NCBI GenBank assembly: GCA_964016885.1
Contig: OZ024743.1
Coordinates: 304,482,001 to 304,546,000, forward strand
Source: Eledone cirrhosa
Taxonomy: Eukaryota
DNA: 64,000 nt
Direction: 5' to 3'
A program made the translations under genes and the position numbers. A model generated the notes under the pieces. The model was not told the origin of the DNA. It was given only the letters and a program-made list of their open reading frames with translations, and ran no database searches. The first letter of the stretch is position 1. Each line of letters opens with the position of its first letter. This document shows, piece after piece, positions 32,411 to 49,196 of the stretch.

Positions 32411-35400
32411 AAACACAACACAACAGCCAGATAACGGCAATTTCACCACCACAACCACCACCAATCTCAGCATAATAATAATAATTACTATTACTATTGC
32501 CTCATGTTTTAGTTTTAACAAAATGTTTAATTCCAATATTAAGGGGAATATGTCAACACATATACGCGACTAACGATAATTTCACTAAAGATAATTTCAC
32601 CACCAATACCACCACCACTACCACGATGAAAACTCTGGTCAAGTCGACTCAACTTTCTACTTCAACTTTAACACCATCACTACAGTAATACGACCACATC
32701 ACCACCACAGCTGCCTCACATCGCTACCGCCGCTATTCTCTCCCACTACCTCCTGCTAGTTGCTGCTAGCACAGCACCGCCACCACCACCGCCGCCGCTG
32801 CCTCAATATCACTACCGCCGCTATTCTCTCCCGCTAGCCCCTGCTACATTGTAGAATTCTCACTAAAAGAGGAAGGCATCAAAATATATAAATAGACTGA
32901 ATTGATGACCCGGTCAAAATAATAAAAAAACAATAATCAAAATCAAGTTTTAGTTTTAACAAAATGTTTAGTTCCAATATTAAGGGGAATATGTCAACAC
33001 ATATACGCGACTAATGATAATTTCACTAAAGATAATTTCACCACCAGTGCCACCACCACTGCCACGATGAAAACTCTGGTCAAGTCGACTCAAATTTCTA
33101 CTCCATCTTCAACACCATCGCTACAATAATACGACCACATCGCCACCGCCACTGCCTCATTTACGCTACCGCCGCTATTCTCTCCCACTACCTCCTGCTA
33201 GTTGCTGCTGGCACAGCACCGCCATCGCCGCCGCCGCCGCTGCCTCATTGTCACTACCGCCGCTATTCTCTCCCGCTAGCCCCTGCTACATTGTAGAATT
33301 CTCACTAAAAGAGGAAGGCATCAAAATATATAAATACACTGAATTGATGACCTGGTCAAAGTTAAAAAAAACAAAAAAAAATCAAAGCAGCACAGCAACA
33401 ACGAAAAACGTAAGGAAATAAAAATGAAGTGAAAACAAACGGACGGACAGAGTAGGGAAGGGAAAAACTAAGTCAGACATTCAAACACTACATTACAATG
33501 AAACTTATGCTTATTCATTTTTGGGGTTTTTTCTGCCTGTTTGTTTGTTTGTTTATTTGGGTTCGTCTACAGCGTGATAATGCCACACAAAAGTCACGTG
33601 GAGTGACGAAACCACCGGAGACAAGTAATTCACCGGTGGTTATGTAACCATACGTTTGCCAATCCTCGATAAGAGTGTTTAAATGTCGAACCTAAACAGT
33701 TCGAATAACGGGGAAATGGAGACTAGAATGTCATGTGACAGACTCTCACCCAACAGGTGCTCCCTGGCTCAGCAGCAGCGACCTGGCTGTCAATCAAATA
33801 CTGCTGGTGTCGGAGGAAGAAGAAGAAGGAAAGGGACCAGAACCAACTGGACGAAAGAATTGAATAGAACTGTTATGCAATGTTACCTGAAGAATAACCC
33901 CAAGGAGAAAGGCTATAGGAAAAGGATGCATAACATCTGGAACGAGATTGGTCCATTTAAATTAGATGAACAAAATCTGGCCGGGCAGGCTCGGGTAATA
34001 AGAACTAATGGGTGGATAAGCGAGCTGGAACTGGAGGAACTGAGCAGAGAGATTAGCTTCGAGATGGAGAGTGGAATATGCCAGGCAAACGAGCCAGTGG
34101 GAAATGAAGGTGAAGCGGTCGGGAGAACAGAGGAACCACCCGAAGCAGACAATGATCTGAATGCTGAGATAAATAATACCTGGAACAGAGATACGGCCAC
34201 TGAGGTGATGAATGCTGACGGGCTAGGACAAGATTTGGTAGATATCCTAAACTGTGTGGTAGATGAATTGAACAATGATAGTGGGAGACCTATGAACCTA
34301 AGATTTGTAGACAGGAAAAAGTTAAAAGAAACAACAGCTAAGGTAAACAAATTCATCCCATACCTTGAGGCGAGGAGCCTTCACCAGTGCAACAATATCC
34401 TCAAAGCAACAGCAAATACGGTGAGGAAACTACTTGGTATGAAAGCGAGAGGAAACAACAGACAAGAAAGAGCAGAGTCTTGCTAGAATAAACGACTGAG
34501 TGGTCAAATCAGGGAAATGACAAATGATATTGGAAAGCTTGAGTCCCTACTGAATGGGACACTAAAAAACATAGACACTAAAAATAGACTGGAAATAAAG
34601 TACAAAACTAGGAGGAAAAAGCTAAATATTATCATAGAGGAACTGAAGCAACGCATTGTAGCAAAGAGTGCATAAATCAGGCGATACGAGAACAGAGTCA
34701 GCCAGTATAGACAGAACCGCATGTTCGACAACAACCAGAAGATGCTGTTTGGACAGCTTGAGGGGAAAGAAAGAGGCAACGACTTGATCCCTGAGGCGGA
34801 ACAAACTAAAACATTCTGGAGAGGAATATGGGAGCAGCAAGTTAAACATAATGATCAGGCAGTGTGGATTGAGACAGTACAGAAGGAGATCAGTGAACAG
34901 GCACGCCAACAAACTGATTTGAGTATCACAGTTGAAACTCTTAAGAGGCAGGCCAAAAAACTAACCAACTGGAAATCACCTGGCCCAGATGGTGTGCAGG
35001 GGTATTGGATTAAAAACATAACATCCCTCCACCCGAAACTGACAACCATGTTCAATGACTGCTTGATGTCAGGTGAGGTACCAGAGTTGTTGACAAAAGG
35101 TACCACAGTTCTGATAATGAAAGACCGAATCAAGGGTAATGATGTTACCAACTATAGACTTATCACATGTCTGTCCGTAATGTGGAAACTGTTGACAAGC
35201 ATTATGTCTGGGGAAATCTACCATCACCTCCACACAAACAACTTGTTACCGGACGAACAGAAAGGATGCCGAAAGAAGTCACGTGGTACAAAGGACCAGT
35301 TACTTATTGATAAGATGGTAATGAGGAATTGCGAGAGGAGACACACTGGTCTTGCCATGGGATGGATAGACTACAAAAAGGCATTTGACATGGTGCCTCA

Positions 35401-36933
35401 TTCTTGGATCACCAAAAGCCTGGAGATCTTCAAGGTGGCAGATAACATCAGACAGTTGTTGGGCAAAAGTATGAAGTCCTGGGAAACAGAGTTAACATTA
35501 ACTGGAGAATCCTTGGGAAGCGTGAAGATCAATAGAGGTATCTTCCAGGGAGATAGTCTGTCCCCTCTGTTGTTTGTCCTTGCCCTGATGCCCCTGACCA
35601 GTGTACTGCGAAAAGTGAGAGCAGGATACAGGTTGGGAAAGGGAGGGCTTACCATCAATCACCTCCTCTTCAGGGACGATCTTAAGCTCTTCGGGAAGAG
35701 TGAGAAGCAGTTGGATGTTCTTGTTGACACTGTCCGTATTTTCAGCAATGATATATGTATGCAATTTGGTATTAGTAAGTGTGGAGTCACTGTGATGAGG
35801 AGGGGTAAGTTGAGCAGAAGTAACGGAATCCAGATACCAACAGGTGAGATGATAAAGGAAATTGACTCTGAGGAAGGATACAAGTATTTGGGCGTTCTGG
35901 AGGCTGATGACATCAAGAACAAAAAAATGAAAGAATTGATAAGAACTGAATACCTTCGGAGAGTAAGGAGCGTATTAAAGTCATATCTGAACAGTAGGAA
36001 TGCCATAAGTGCAGTAAATTCCCGAGCTGTGTCTATTATTAGGTACAGTGCGGGAATTCTGAGATGGAATGTTGCTGAACAAAAAGAAATGGATAGGAAG
36101 ACTAGGAAGCTATTGACTATCTACAACATGTTCCACAAGAGGAGTGATGTCGATAGACTCTACTTAAGGAGATCTGAAGGTGGAAGATGTCTTATCAGCA
36201 TAGAGGAATGTTAATGGCTGCGCAGGAGCAGGCCCTCAAAACGAAGTGGTTGAAACACCATATTTACAAGGAGGAGGCTAGCCCACTGTGCAGGATCTGT
36301 GGAGAGAGAGAGGAGACTGTGGCTCACATTGTATCCGAGTGTAAACACCTAGCCCAGATTCACTTAGGGGCTGGAGACATGATGTGATGGCAGGGTGATC
36401 CACTTGCACCTATGCAAAGTAAACAATTTACCACATTCTGAGAAGTGGTATGAGCATAAGCCAGAGGTGGTGATAGAAAACGATCAGGTGAAGGTGCTGT
36501 GGGATTTTAGGATACAGACGGACAAGAAACTGGAACACAATAGACCTGACCTGGTGTTTGTGGACAAAGAAAAAAGATCGTGCCTGATTGTGGATGTGGC
36601 CTGCCCATTCGACACGAGAGTGCAAGAGAAGGAGAGGGAGAAAATTAACCGATACCAGGACTTAAAGTGGGAGGTAAAAAGGATTTGGAACTGCCATGAA
36701 GTCAAAGTGATCTCGATTGTCATTTGCGCACTAGGGACTATCTCAAAAAGTTTCCAGGGATGGTTAAAGAAAATTGGCCCCTTCACGCTTTTTGGAACGC
36801 TTCAAAAGGCATGCTTGCTGGGAACAGCAAGAACCCTCCGATACGTCCTGAATATCTGAGGCTGCAGGTAGTGGCTTGATATTCATCTCAACAAACTTTC
36901 CAGTTAACTAACATCAATGACTGAGACTCAAAG
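32411..36933 (+). mobile_element. R4/Dong-type element, copy 4 (family A; ORF 33683-36859 disrupted, internal deletion)
   Basis: Closely similar to copy 2 from 33380 onward; RT motif mutated to FRDD; ~250 bp missing at 36209. Confidence 0.92.
32511..33360 (+). repeat. ~440-bp tandem duplication in the leader of copy 4
   Basis: AGTTTTAACAAAATGTTTA..GATGACC.GGTCAAA at ~32511-32918 and ~32953-33360. Confidence 0.9.
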
Positions 36934-36935
36934 AG

Positions 36936-37018
36936 TAATAACAATGATAATAATAATAATATTGCTGCTGCTGCTACTACTACAGCCAATGCTAAAAATA
37001 TAGTAGTAGTAGTAGTAC

Positions 37019-37101
<83 letters not shown>

Positions 37102-37102
37102 A

Positions 37103-37140
<38 letters not shown>

Positions 37141-37141
37141 A
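36936..37141. repeat. Degenerate (TAA)/(GCT)/(TAG)n microsatellite
   Basis: Read directly. Confidence 0.95.
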
Positions 37142-37739
37142 TTTTCAACACCATATTTTCGCTGATGATGTTTTAAACATTTATTTGTTTAAATTATTGT
37201 AAGATATGTTCCTGCTGTAATTTAAGTCTCTCATCCACGTTTTTTTTTTTTTTCATAAAGTTAACAAAAATTTATTTTTAACATTTGTGAGTAAGGTTTC
37301 ATCATATAAAACCTCTTCGGGTATGCGTGTTTACGCGTATTTATGTGTGCATATATGCGTGTGCTTGTGTGTGTATATGGATATATATTGAATAGCAATT
37401 GTTTCCATGTATAAATATATATATATATACTTGCTTGTGTGTAGTTTTGCATCACTAAATTAAACACATAAAGGAATACCAGAAGTTGTACGAATTTATG
37501 GCAGTAGAGTTATCAGAAAGAAAAATGAATTCATATAAAATAGAATACTCTTAGAATATTACATTAAGAGGAATATAAAAATATGACATCATGGTATACC
37601 TTCATTTGCGAATTCTAAAATATTAAGGTTCCAAACACACACATGCACATACACTTACACAAACATACTCTTACTTAAACACGTACACTCACATCTAAGA
37701 AACTTCTCCTCTTACAGTAAAAAATATCGGAGTGTCATA

Positions 37740-38870
<1,131 letters not shown>

Positions 38871-39639
38871 CTGATATATTACTCATGAGAATCAATTTTC
38901 TATTTCTTTTTATTTAAAATTGTTCTCTTTATAATGTCATGTTAGTTTTCTTTGTATTACATCAGCTAAAACTTCATCCTAGTACGAAATGAGTAAAAAC
39001 TATATACCACTCATTCAGTAAGTTTTTCTTCTGTAGCCAAAGGGTTAATATATGCATTTCATATATAATAGAGAAATAAGCAATACGAACATAAAAGCAT
39101 TATTTTTTTTTAATAACGATCATTTCATTTTACTTCTATGGTAAGCAGTTCATGATATGAAAACAAAACAAAACCCAATATATTTTCACAATTTCTTTAT
39201 ATTCTACACATATTTCTATTTTTCTTTTAACATTTACCTCATCTGGGTGCGAAGAGTTATATTGGGATGCAGGAAATGTTTGCTGAACACGAATATTACA
39301 TAACGTAAATTAAGGAAATCAAATAAAATAAATCAGTTAGTAATACATGTTACGAAAGCAGTTTGATTTATAAATGTTGTTTTATCATGTGATACTTCGT
39401 TTAAAATCATACATAGTAAAAATAATATCCTTTCTCTTTGTCCTCTATTCCAATATTTTTAGCTATGAGAAGAAACGAATATAGACAGTAGAGGTATCTT
39501 TAAAATCATATATATATGTGTATGGAGTGTGTGTGTGTGTGTATAATTATATGTATATATACATATATATAACGAGCGACTTTCGTCAAATCGGACCGAA
39601 GCAACAATGTTTCCATTGGTTTTTCCAGTTGATAATACT

Positions 39640-39715
39640 ATCTATCGGTCGCAACTCCAGGTAGAAGGAGCAACGTGAAATAAAGTGCTCAAGGACATGA
39701 CGCATCGCCCGGTCC
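39640..39715 (-). mobile_element. Possible SINE fragment
   Basis: GTGAAATAAAGTGCTCAAGGACATGACGC resembles a SINE core read in reverse; recollection only. Confidence 0.35.
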
Positions 39716-39766
39716 ATATATATATATATATATATATCTATAATGAAATTTCGTTTCATTTTTTCC

Positions 39767-41551
<1,785 letters not shown>

Positions 41552-41567
41552 GTATATATATATGTAT

Positions 41568-41723
<156 letters not shown>

Positions 41724-41757
41724 TAGAATTGGAGCTCTGAAATAGCAATATATATAT

Positions 41758-42157
41758 GGAAGTATATATAATGTATTTTGCAATACACTTTATGCTTAAT
41801 TAAAAGCATTTTGAAGACCGTATGCTATTGTTTTAGAGTAGTGACAAATTCACTTACTTTAATCTCAGCAATTCTAATTTTTAATTTCTGCCTGACCAAC
41901 AATCGCTCTGTATAATCAGTTCCTGATTATTTACTAGAATTCTATAAGAATATAACATCAGTAATCTGAGTAGACAGGAGGAGTAGTTAGCCTTGATAAG
42001 CTTCAACAAAAGCGAAACAAGGCCTTGTCGGCTTATCTTCCCTGTTTGCTGAGATTAAAGTAAGTGAATTTGTCACTACTCTAAAACAATAGCATACGGT
42101 GTTCATAATGCTTATAATTAAGCATAAAGTGTATTGCAAAATACATTATATATACAT

Positions 42158-42160
<3 letters not shown>
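41758..42160 (+). mobile_element. ~400-bp non-coding fold-back element in (TA)n containing a hammerhead
   Basis: 41758-41871 is the inverted copy of 42045-42160. Confidence 0.8.
41969..42050 (+). ncRNA. Type I hammerhead ribozyme, U3-A8 variant
   Basis: agcc-TTGATAA-gctt.caacaa.aagc-GAAA-caaggccttg-TC-ggct, plus distal stem I agtagacagg/cctgtttgct. Confidence 0.8.
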
Positions 42161-42251
<91 letters not shown>

Positions 42252-42282
42252 GTATATATATATATGTATATATGTATATATG

Positions 42283-42386
<104 letters not shown>

Positions 42387-44429
42387 GTATTAAGAATACT
42401 ATTTATGGTTATGCATATACAAAAACCTTTTGTAGTTATATATATTTTTACAAACCCTAAATAGTGATAGGCAGTAATATATTACTACCTTATTACCAGT
42501 AAGATAAATAGCTCAATGTAATAACATCAGTTGTTTTACAGAGCAGTTATATATAAGTTATAATAATCAAAGTTCTGTTCAAATCATTTATAAGCTTAAA
42601 ATTGTTTCCTCCAAACCGAGGTTTGGTATCTTTGGAGCAATTTATTAATGCATGATAACATATATGACCTGCTTTTCAACCCAAGAGACATACAGATAGA
42701 TATGCATACACTGTTGCTTGGTGGGTCGACATCCATTATAACATTTAGCGTGGCAGTATACATTTGAAGATTACATTCATATCAAAAGAGCATAACATTA
42801 AAATTAATGTTAAAATACATGAAATTAATGCGATAGGATAGTCAGAAGCAGTAAGTGTGTGCAATTGTTATACGTGTGGCACGCACGTGTGTCTTATTTA
42901 TAAATATTATAGTACGGCAGGGTGTTACATGTAATACAAGCACTTTAAGCGGGTAAACAAGATTATTAAGGGGGTTGTACTGGTAATGTATCTTTTATAT
43001 GAATGTTATAGAAGCTTGTGTGTAGAGAAATATTATAAATATATAAAATATTAGAAATGTGTCGCAAAGCGATGATATGGTTTTCGTGTACAACACCATT
43101 TTCACAGTCCGGAGAGCGTAATATCTAGATTATATGCCCCTCACATAATCTACGACGATTCAATATTGGACGTTTGATGATTCTGTTAGAGTATCATAGT
43201 TTGTTGGTCTTTAGTCCAATATAGCAGGTTGTTTAGTTGCGAGAATCAACATTGTATTATTTTCCGGAAGTGTGTGTGTGACTAAGGGGAGTTAATGCGT
43301 GAGGGGAGGTAACTCACTGATTTCTGTAACTAAATATTATCCTAATGTACATTAAATGGTGTCTCAATTGAGTCCCTATCTTATATGGTTATAAACAGTT
43401 TCTAAAAATTTAAAGTGTCCTATCTATAATTACAGTGTAGTCTATCAAGAAGTGTTAATGGTGTTCATATTAGGGTGAATATCCTCCATTACAGAGTGCC
43501 ACAATTGAATATTTCACACGAAGAGCCAGATCTCCAAATCAATGATCATTGTAATTGTAGTCTATTCATAGAACCTGGCAGGGTTATTATAGAATCACTT
43601 CTATATATAATAATTCCTGGTAAGCTCTGGGTCAGTGTATTTCAGATTGGATGTCAAAGTTAACTATCACTAGGGTAGGCCAGAGGCCAATCCTCACTTA
43701 CCATGTCACTAATCCGACCATCAATTCATACATATATGTACAACTCATACGCCACTTGCATTTCATTCACTGCACTCAGCATATAGGTTATATAGCTCAT
43801 CAATGTTACTAAGTGAATTAGTCTTCCACTTATCCAACGATGGCACTCCATCCACAGAACACCAACAGTACAATCAATTCAATGTTTACATTTTACATTA
43901 ATTATATAGTGGTGTAATGTAGTTCAAGCAATTGAAGACAGTCACACCGAAAGTAGATGTACAAAGGGGTATTTCTACTATAAAGGGTTCTAGAGGGATG
44001 TCACGAACGTTTACAACAAATACACATAAAAATATATATTTAAAAAAATATATATATATATGTGTGAGTGTGTGCGTGTATACATAATTAAAGAAAAGTA
44101 TATAAATATACACACATAAATACGTATATAACGCGCACACACACATACCTACATGTAAATACACATATGTACGCGGACTACGTCAACCAAAACCCAAAGT
44201 ACACATATACACACACCCTATATACGTACGAACCCTCACACTCACATAGACGCAAAACTCACGTATACACATAACCAAATGCACATGTACCAGTATATAT
44301 AATATATACGCCATAACATATACAAGCAAATATACGTACGAGGAAGTATACGTACCTTCACAAAATATACAGGGAATATATACTTACCTATACAAATAAG
44401 TAATGGTATAAACATAACATATACTTAGC

Positions 44430-45245
44430 TACCACATCAAGACGTAAAATATCCGCGTATAGTTCGTACTATCCGTTAGGGTATAATGTGGGGCTGTAAT
44501 ACAGGAAAGTTTTGTACAATATATGTTTACAAGCCGAAATTGCCTCAGATTTTTGTTTAAGATGTGGTCTTTGGCGTAGTGTATTTCCAGGGCCTCAGCT
44601 GCGCAGAGTTCACATGGTCTTTTATTTCCGTTAAACGATCTAGCCTTACCTATATATGACGTCATATTCCATCTTAAAAGGTTAAGAAAAGAATGGGTAT
44701 GCATGTAAAGAAGCTGCTTGAATCTATTGGCGGTTAACCCTATGTCGGCCCTACGGGACGTGGATGTTTCAACCTTACATTTGTAGACAATGTTACTAGA
44801 GAGGCATTTCCCAGAAAGGGGCAGTCAACCCGATTTCTACAATTGCAGATTTCTACAACTAGCTACAGGGTTGCACGTGTTCCTACGGCTAGGTAATTTA
44901 GCTAAATTTGAAGCTGTGATGTTATGTGCAAGGCTAGGAGTCGTAAAGTAAGAAATGTTAATGGTATTTCTATTTAAAATTTTACTATATTTATGTGCTG
45001 GGGGGAAATGCTTCCACGAACCAAAATATAGTCTTCCTGTCTTCCTTCGGGCGCAATGTTTTTTGAAATATTTAGTTCTGCGTTCACAGATTGAGTTTTT
45101 TAGTTTTAGAAGATCCCGTTAAGGGTGAAAGCAGCGAATCTTTGCTTAAACTTTAATCTGCTTTTTAATAAATATTTGTTCTACAGTTCTTATATATTTG
45201 ATATATATTTATCCTTATCGAGCCCTCTTTGGATTTTAGTCTTCA
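44430..45245 (-). pseudogene. Degenerate Penelope-like endonuclease region
   Basis: CNC..CPL...C..NIVYKC region at ~44790-44850; CELCAAEALEI..ILNK. The 5' side abuts (TA)n. Confidence 0.7.
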
Positions 45246-45273
45246 AATTTATTATTATTACTATATATATATC

Positions 45274-45334
<61 letters not shown>

Positions 45335-45743
45335 GTCATGTCGCTCTCGAGTGCTACTTGTATCATGTAACCCAATATAACCTGTGTCATGTTCGGGTCG
45401 TCGGGGACTAAACTGGCAAACCCACCAAGCTTGCTTGGTGATAAGGGTGATATTGGACACCCTGCGGAATGAAATACAAGACCCAGCAAAGGACGGAGGA
45501 ACTCAGCAGAGACAACGGAAATCCAAATAGTTTTTCATTTTTTTTTTTTTTTAAGGTTGTCATTTTATTTTCCGTGGCAAACATTTGTACCGAAGATATG
45601 TGTCGACGGTTCCAAAAATAGTTGTTGGTCCTACACAAGCTTTCACCACTTAAAAGAAAATTTTGTGTGGGTAGTTCAACATCAGTTCACTTTCTCACAT
45701 TTAACTTTTGTTGGACACTCATAGAATATCGACGGGAGGGTCG

Positions 45744-45787
<44 letters not shown>

Positions 45788-46035
45788 GTGTGTGTGTGTG
45801 TGTGTGTGTAGTTCTAGGGTTGCAAGATAAATGAGTCCGTAGGCGGTATGCCGGCTGAGCACTCGATGCTCGCGCAGAGCAGAGTATAATATTATAAAGT
45901 ACGAGGTTTCAGTGTTGCATCATATCAAATTTATTACATGTTTCTCTATCGATCAACTCCAGGCAAGATCTAGTATATATGTATATATATAAAAATGTAT
46001 ATACATATATATATATGTATATATATATATATGTA

Positions 46036-46129
<94 letters not shown>

Positions 46130-46596
46130 TGTGTGTGTGTGTGTGTGTGTGTGTATACATATGTACATATATACATATATATATACATATATATGTATAT
46201 AAGTTTATTTCAACCTATACATATATACATATATGTATATATTTTCTAGTATGAACCATTAAAACTGGCGGCAACACGATATAGTTACAGTAGTACATGT
46301 ATAGCGATACATGTACTACTGTAACTGTATCTTTGTCCTGCTAGTAATATTTCTATCCAAGTCATTGACAGAGACACAACACCATTCCTCCTGAGTAAGC
46401 ATCTTAGATGCTGATTTATTGAAATCGTGCTGATTTTCCAGAAATTTGCCATTGAAAGTTGCCGTTTTCTGAAAAAACTTATATGGCTGAAAACCATGCT
46501 ATACATGCTTTCATTATCTCGTATTCTGCCATTAAATCACAATTAATTTAAATATAGTAGCATAAAAAGCATTGCAAATATTGATGAAAATATGAA

Positions 46597-46653
46597 AGAA
46601 AAAGAAAAAGAAAAAGAAAAAGAAAAAGAAAAAGAAAAAGAAAAAGAAAAAAA
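46597..46653. repeat. (GAAAAA)n
   Basis: Read directly. Confidence 0.95.
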
Positions 46654-46899
46654 ATCATATAAAGATTAAAACGAAAGGAATTAACGAACAGAGGAGGTGA
46701 GAGCGGTTAAGAAGGGCAAATTTGAATGCATAATAAATTAGGAGAAGGGCTATAAATGCCATAAATGAGCGAAAGAGTGGGGGTGAAGCAGTGAGTATGA
46801 GGCCTTGGAAAAAAGGGAGAGTGCGCGGGAAAAGGTGATAGACTCTATGCCTGGCTAGGGGAGATATTGGAGCTGCATCCCCCGGACGAAAATACAAAG

Positions 46900-47870
46900 A
46901 CATTTGTGCGGCCAATTTCCAGCGAGCACTGCTACAACAGCCACCCAACCACCCGCGGTTCCTTCCTCAGACGGGCTGCTGACAATCCAATGTTACGATG
47001 GTACGAGGTCCGAGGTTATCTGAGGTGTTACCGTCGACCAGTGTGAAGAGGACGCAGCCAAACAAGCCCGGGTGCTCGTCTTCCACTGCATTATGGGCCG
47101 CAGTACATGCATTTATGGCGGAACGACTAAGTCACAGCATTTTGCACAGATGGGAGATTTTACTCCTTCCGGTGGGAAGAGGGTAATTCCGTCGGGTCGC
47201 TTGCCGTCTCCGTGGTCGTGGCCTGGGAAGCCAGCTGCATACTGGCTCCTTCTCAATATGTCCTTGAGAGCGGCATTTCGGCCTGTACTTTGGCGAAATG
47301 ACAGTGGATGCAGGCCAAACTCTTCAACGACAGCCCCAGCGGCATTTGTGGAGCTCACACACGTGGAGGCCCAGACATTAGACCACTCCACGATGGGGCA
47401 CTTGGCTGCGACGCGGATCGGAGACAGGCAGGTCGGTGTTAGTCCAAGCCAAATTCGATCTGCCTGAAGTGAGACCTGCACTTGATGTCGTCCCAGTCAC
47501 ACTGAACATTTGTATACTGGGGGACAGACACACCTTCACCTGTCCTCTTGGCTAGAGCTTGCGCAGGTTATGGGGCCACTTCAAGTTCGGCCGTCTTGCT
47601 AGGGATCTCACTGAGAGAGTGCGACTGGAGGAGATTTAGGAGAGATAGTCTGGCAGAGCCATATCCGTATTGGATCGGAGAACAAGGCCAGCAACTCAAG
47701 CTGGGAGCTTTCCCTTTTGACAGCTGGTGCTGTCGAAAATGATATTGAAGATGAGTACTGCACATCGTCGGATGGTAACGTCGAGTTGACCGTGGTAATC
47801 GGCATGGGGGTGACAATTTGCACCTCCATGCAGCGTGAACAGAAATTTTGGCAGGACGGAGCATTTCCTC
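46900..47870 (-). pseudogene. CRE-clade-like RLE non-LTR remnant
   Basis: GRNAALKDILRR..AGFP..GDGKRPDGITL resembles the CRE-type RH..LNDI..R / DGKRPDG nuclease region. Confidence 0.65.
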
Positions 47871-49146
47871 ATGAAGAAGAGCGCTGCGTAAGCGTCGATG
47901 AAGTGCAGGCTCTCTTCCATTCGTGACAGGGGAAACGTGTATGGGGAGAGCAAGAGGAGTAATGAGAGGAAGGAATGTAAGGAGATGTAGATGAGCAAAG
48001 GAAAGGAGAAAGGGAGAGAGCAAGGAGCAAGTAGAAAAAAGCAGAACAAGATGAAATCGAGAGAGAGCAAAGAAAAAAAGAAAGTAAGGAGAAAAAGGAG
48101 AGCAAAGAGAGTTGAGATCGGGTAAACAAAAGAATTGTAAAGAGAAAAAAGAGAGCAAGGAGAGTAAGGAGAAAGGGAGAGCAAGACGAACAGAGAGAGC
48201 GTTGAGAAAATGAGAGCAAGGAGAGTGAGGAAGGCTGAGCGAGTAAGGAGAGCAAGGAGAATAGGGAAGATAATGACAAGAAGGAGAGCAAGGAAAAAAG
48301 GAGAGCGAGAAGAAAGGGAATGCAAGAAAAAAAACAGAGCAAGGATGAAATAGAGAGCAGGAAAAACAATGATAGAAAGGAGGGGAAGAGGATCAAGTAG
48401 AGTAAAGAAGGTGTGTGTAAGAGTGTAAAGAGGGCTAGGGAAGTAATGGGAATAGATCCAGGCACTCCCGTATGGTTTGGAGCCAGAGAAAATACCGGAT
48501 GGATGCTGAGTATGGTAACGTAGAATTCGGCTTTCCCGAAGTAAAAGTTAATCATTTCGGACTTGGATCGGTTGACAAACAAATACCGGGTCTTGTCCGA
48601 CCGCTTCCTCTCGTAACGGTCACCGTGAGACCTCGGGCGTCCTCGGACCCCGTACTGCTGTGGTCCTCCGCAAAATCGTAACGTCAACACCCTGTCTGGT
48701 GGGGTGGTCATTGCAGCGGGTGTCGCGAGCCATTGTCCGGGGAAATGTCTTTGCTGTTTTGACCACGGAGCACACCCCAAACACAGCCCCACCCTAGGCC
48801 CAGAGCGCACAACCCTCTTCCCTTGCCCGCGCCCCCTTTCTGCTATATTCCGTGTTTGTTCCCCCATTTTTATCTCATTTGTGGCATATATAGTCATTTC
48901 CTCTACTTTCCCATACAGCCAGATCTGCCATTCTTAATTAATTTGTTTTATTTTTTTATTTTTCATATTTATGTACTTATCAATGGTTTTGAAGTCAACT
49001 TTGTGATTGAAAGACATGTATTGAGAATAAACATTTAATATATCACGTTTAAGGGTAGATCTTTAAACCTGACAACATGTAAATCATATATATTTAATAT
49101 AGTTTAACTGTTGATCTTTAAACCTGGCAACATGTGAAACATATAG

Positions 49147-49196
<50 letters not shown>

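Noticed and set aside
36961-37141. (TAG)n here and (CTA)n at 14752 as giant inverted termini
   Set aside because: Common simple repeats with no unique shared sequence.
43930-43975. TTGAAGA...GAAA hammerhead-like spacing
   Set aside because: Stem II cannot pair and the U3/G8 change is uncompensated.
47568-48897. Long hydrophobic ORFs suggesting a membrane protein
   Set aside because: Produced by a low-complexity CT-rich tract that is open in all three frames.
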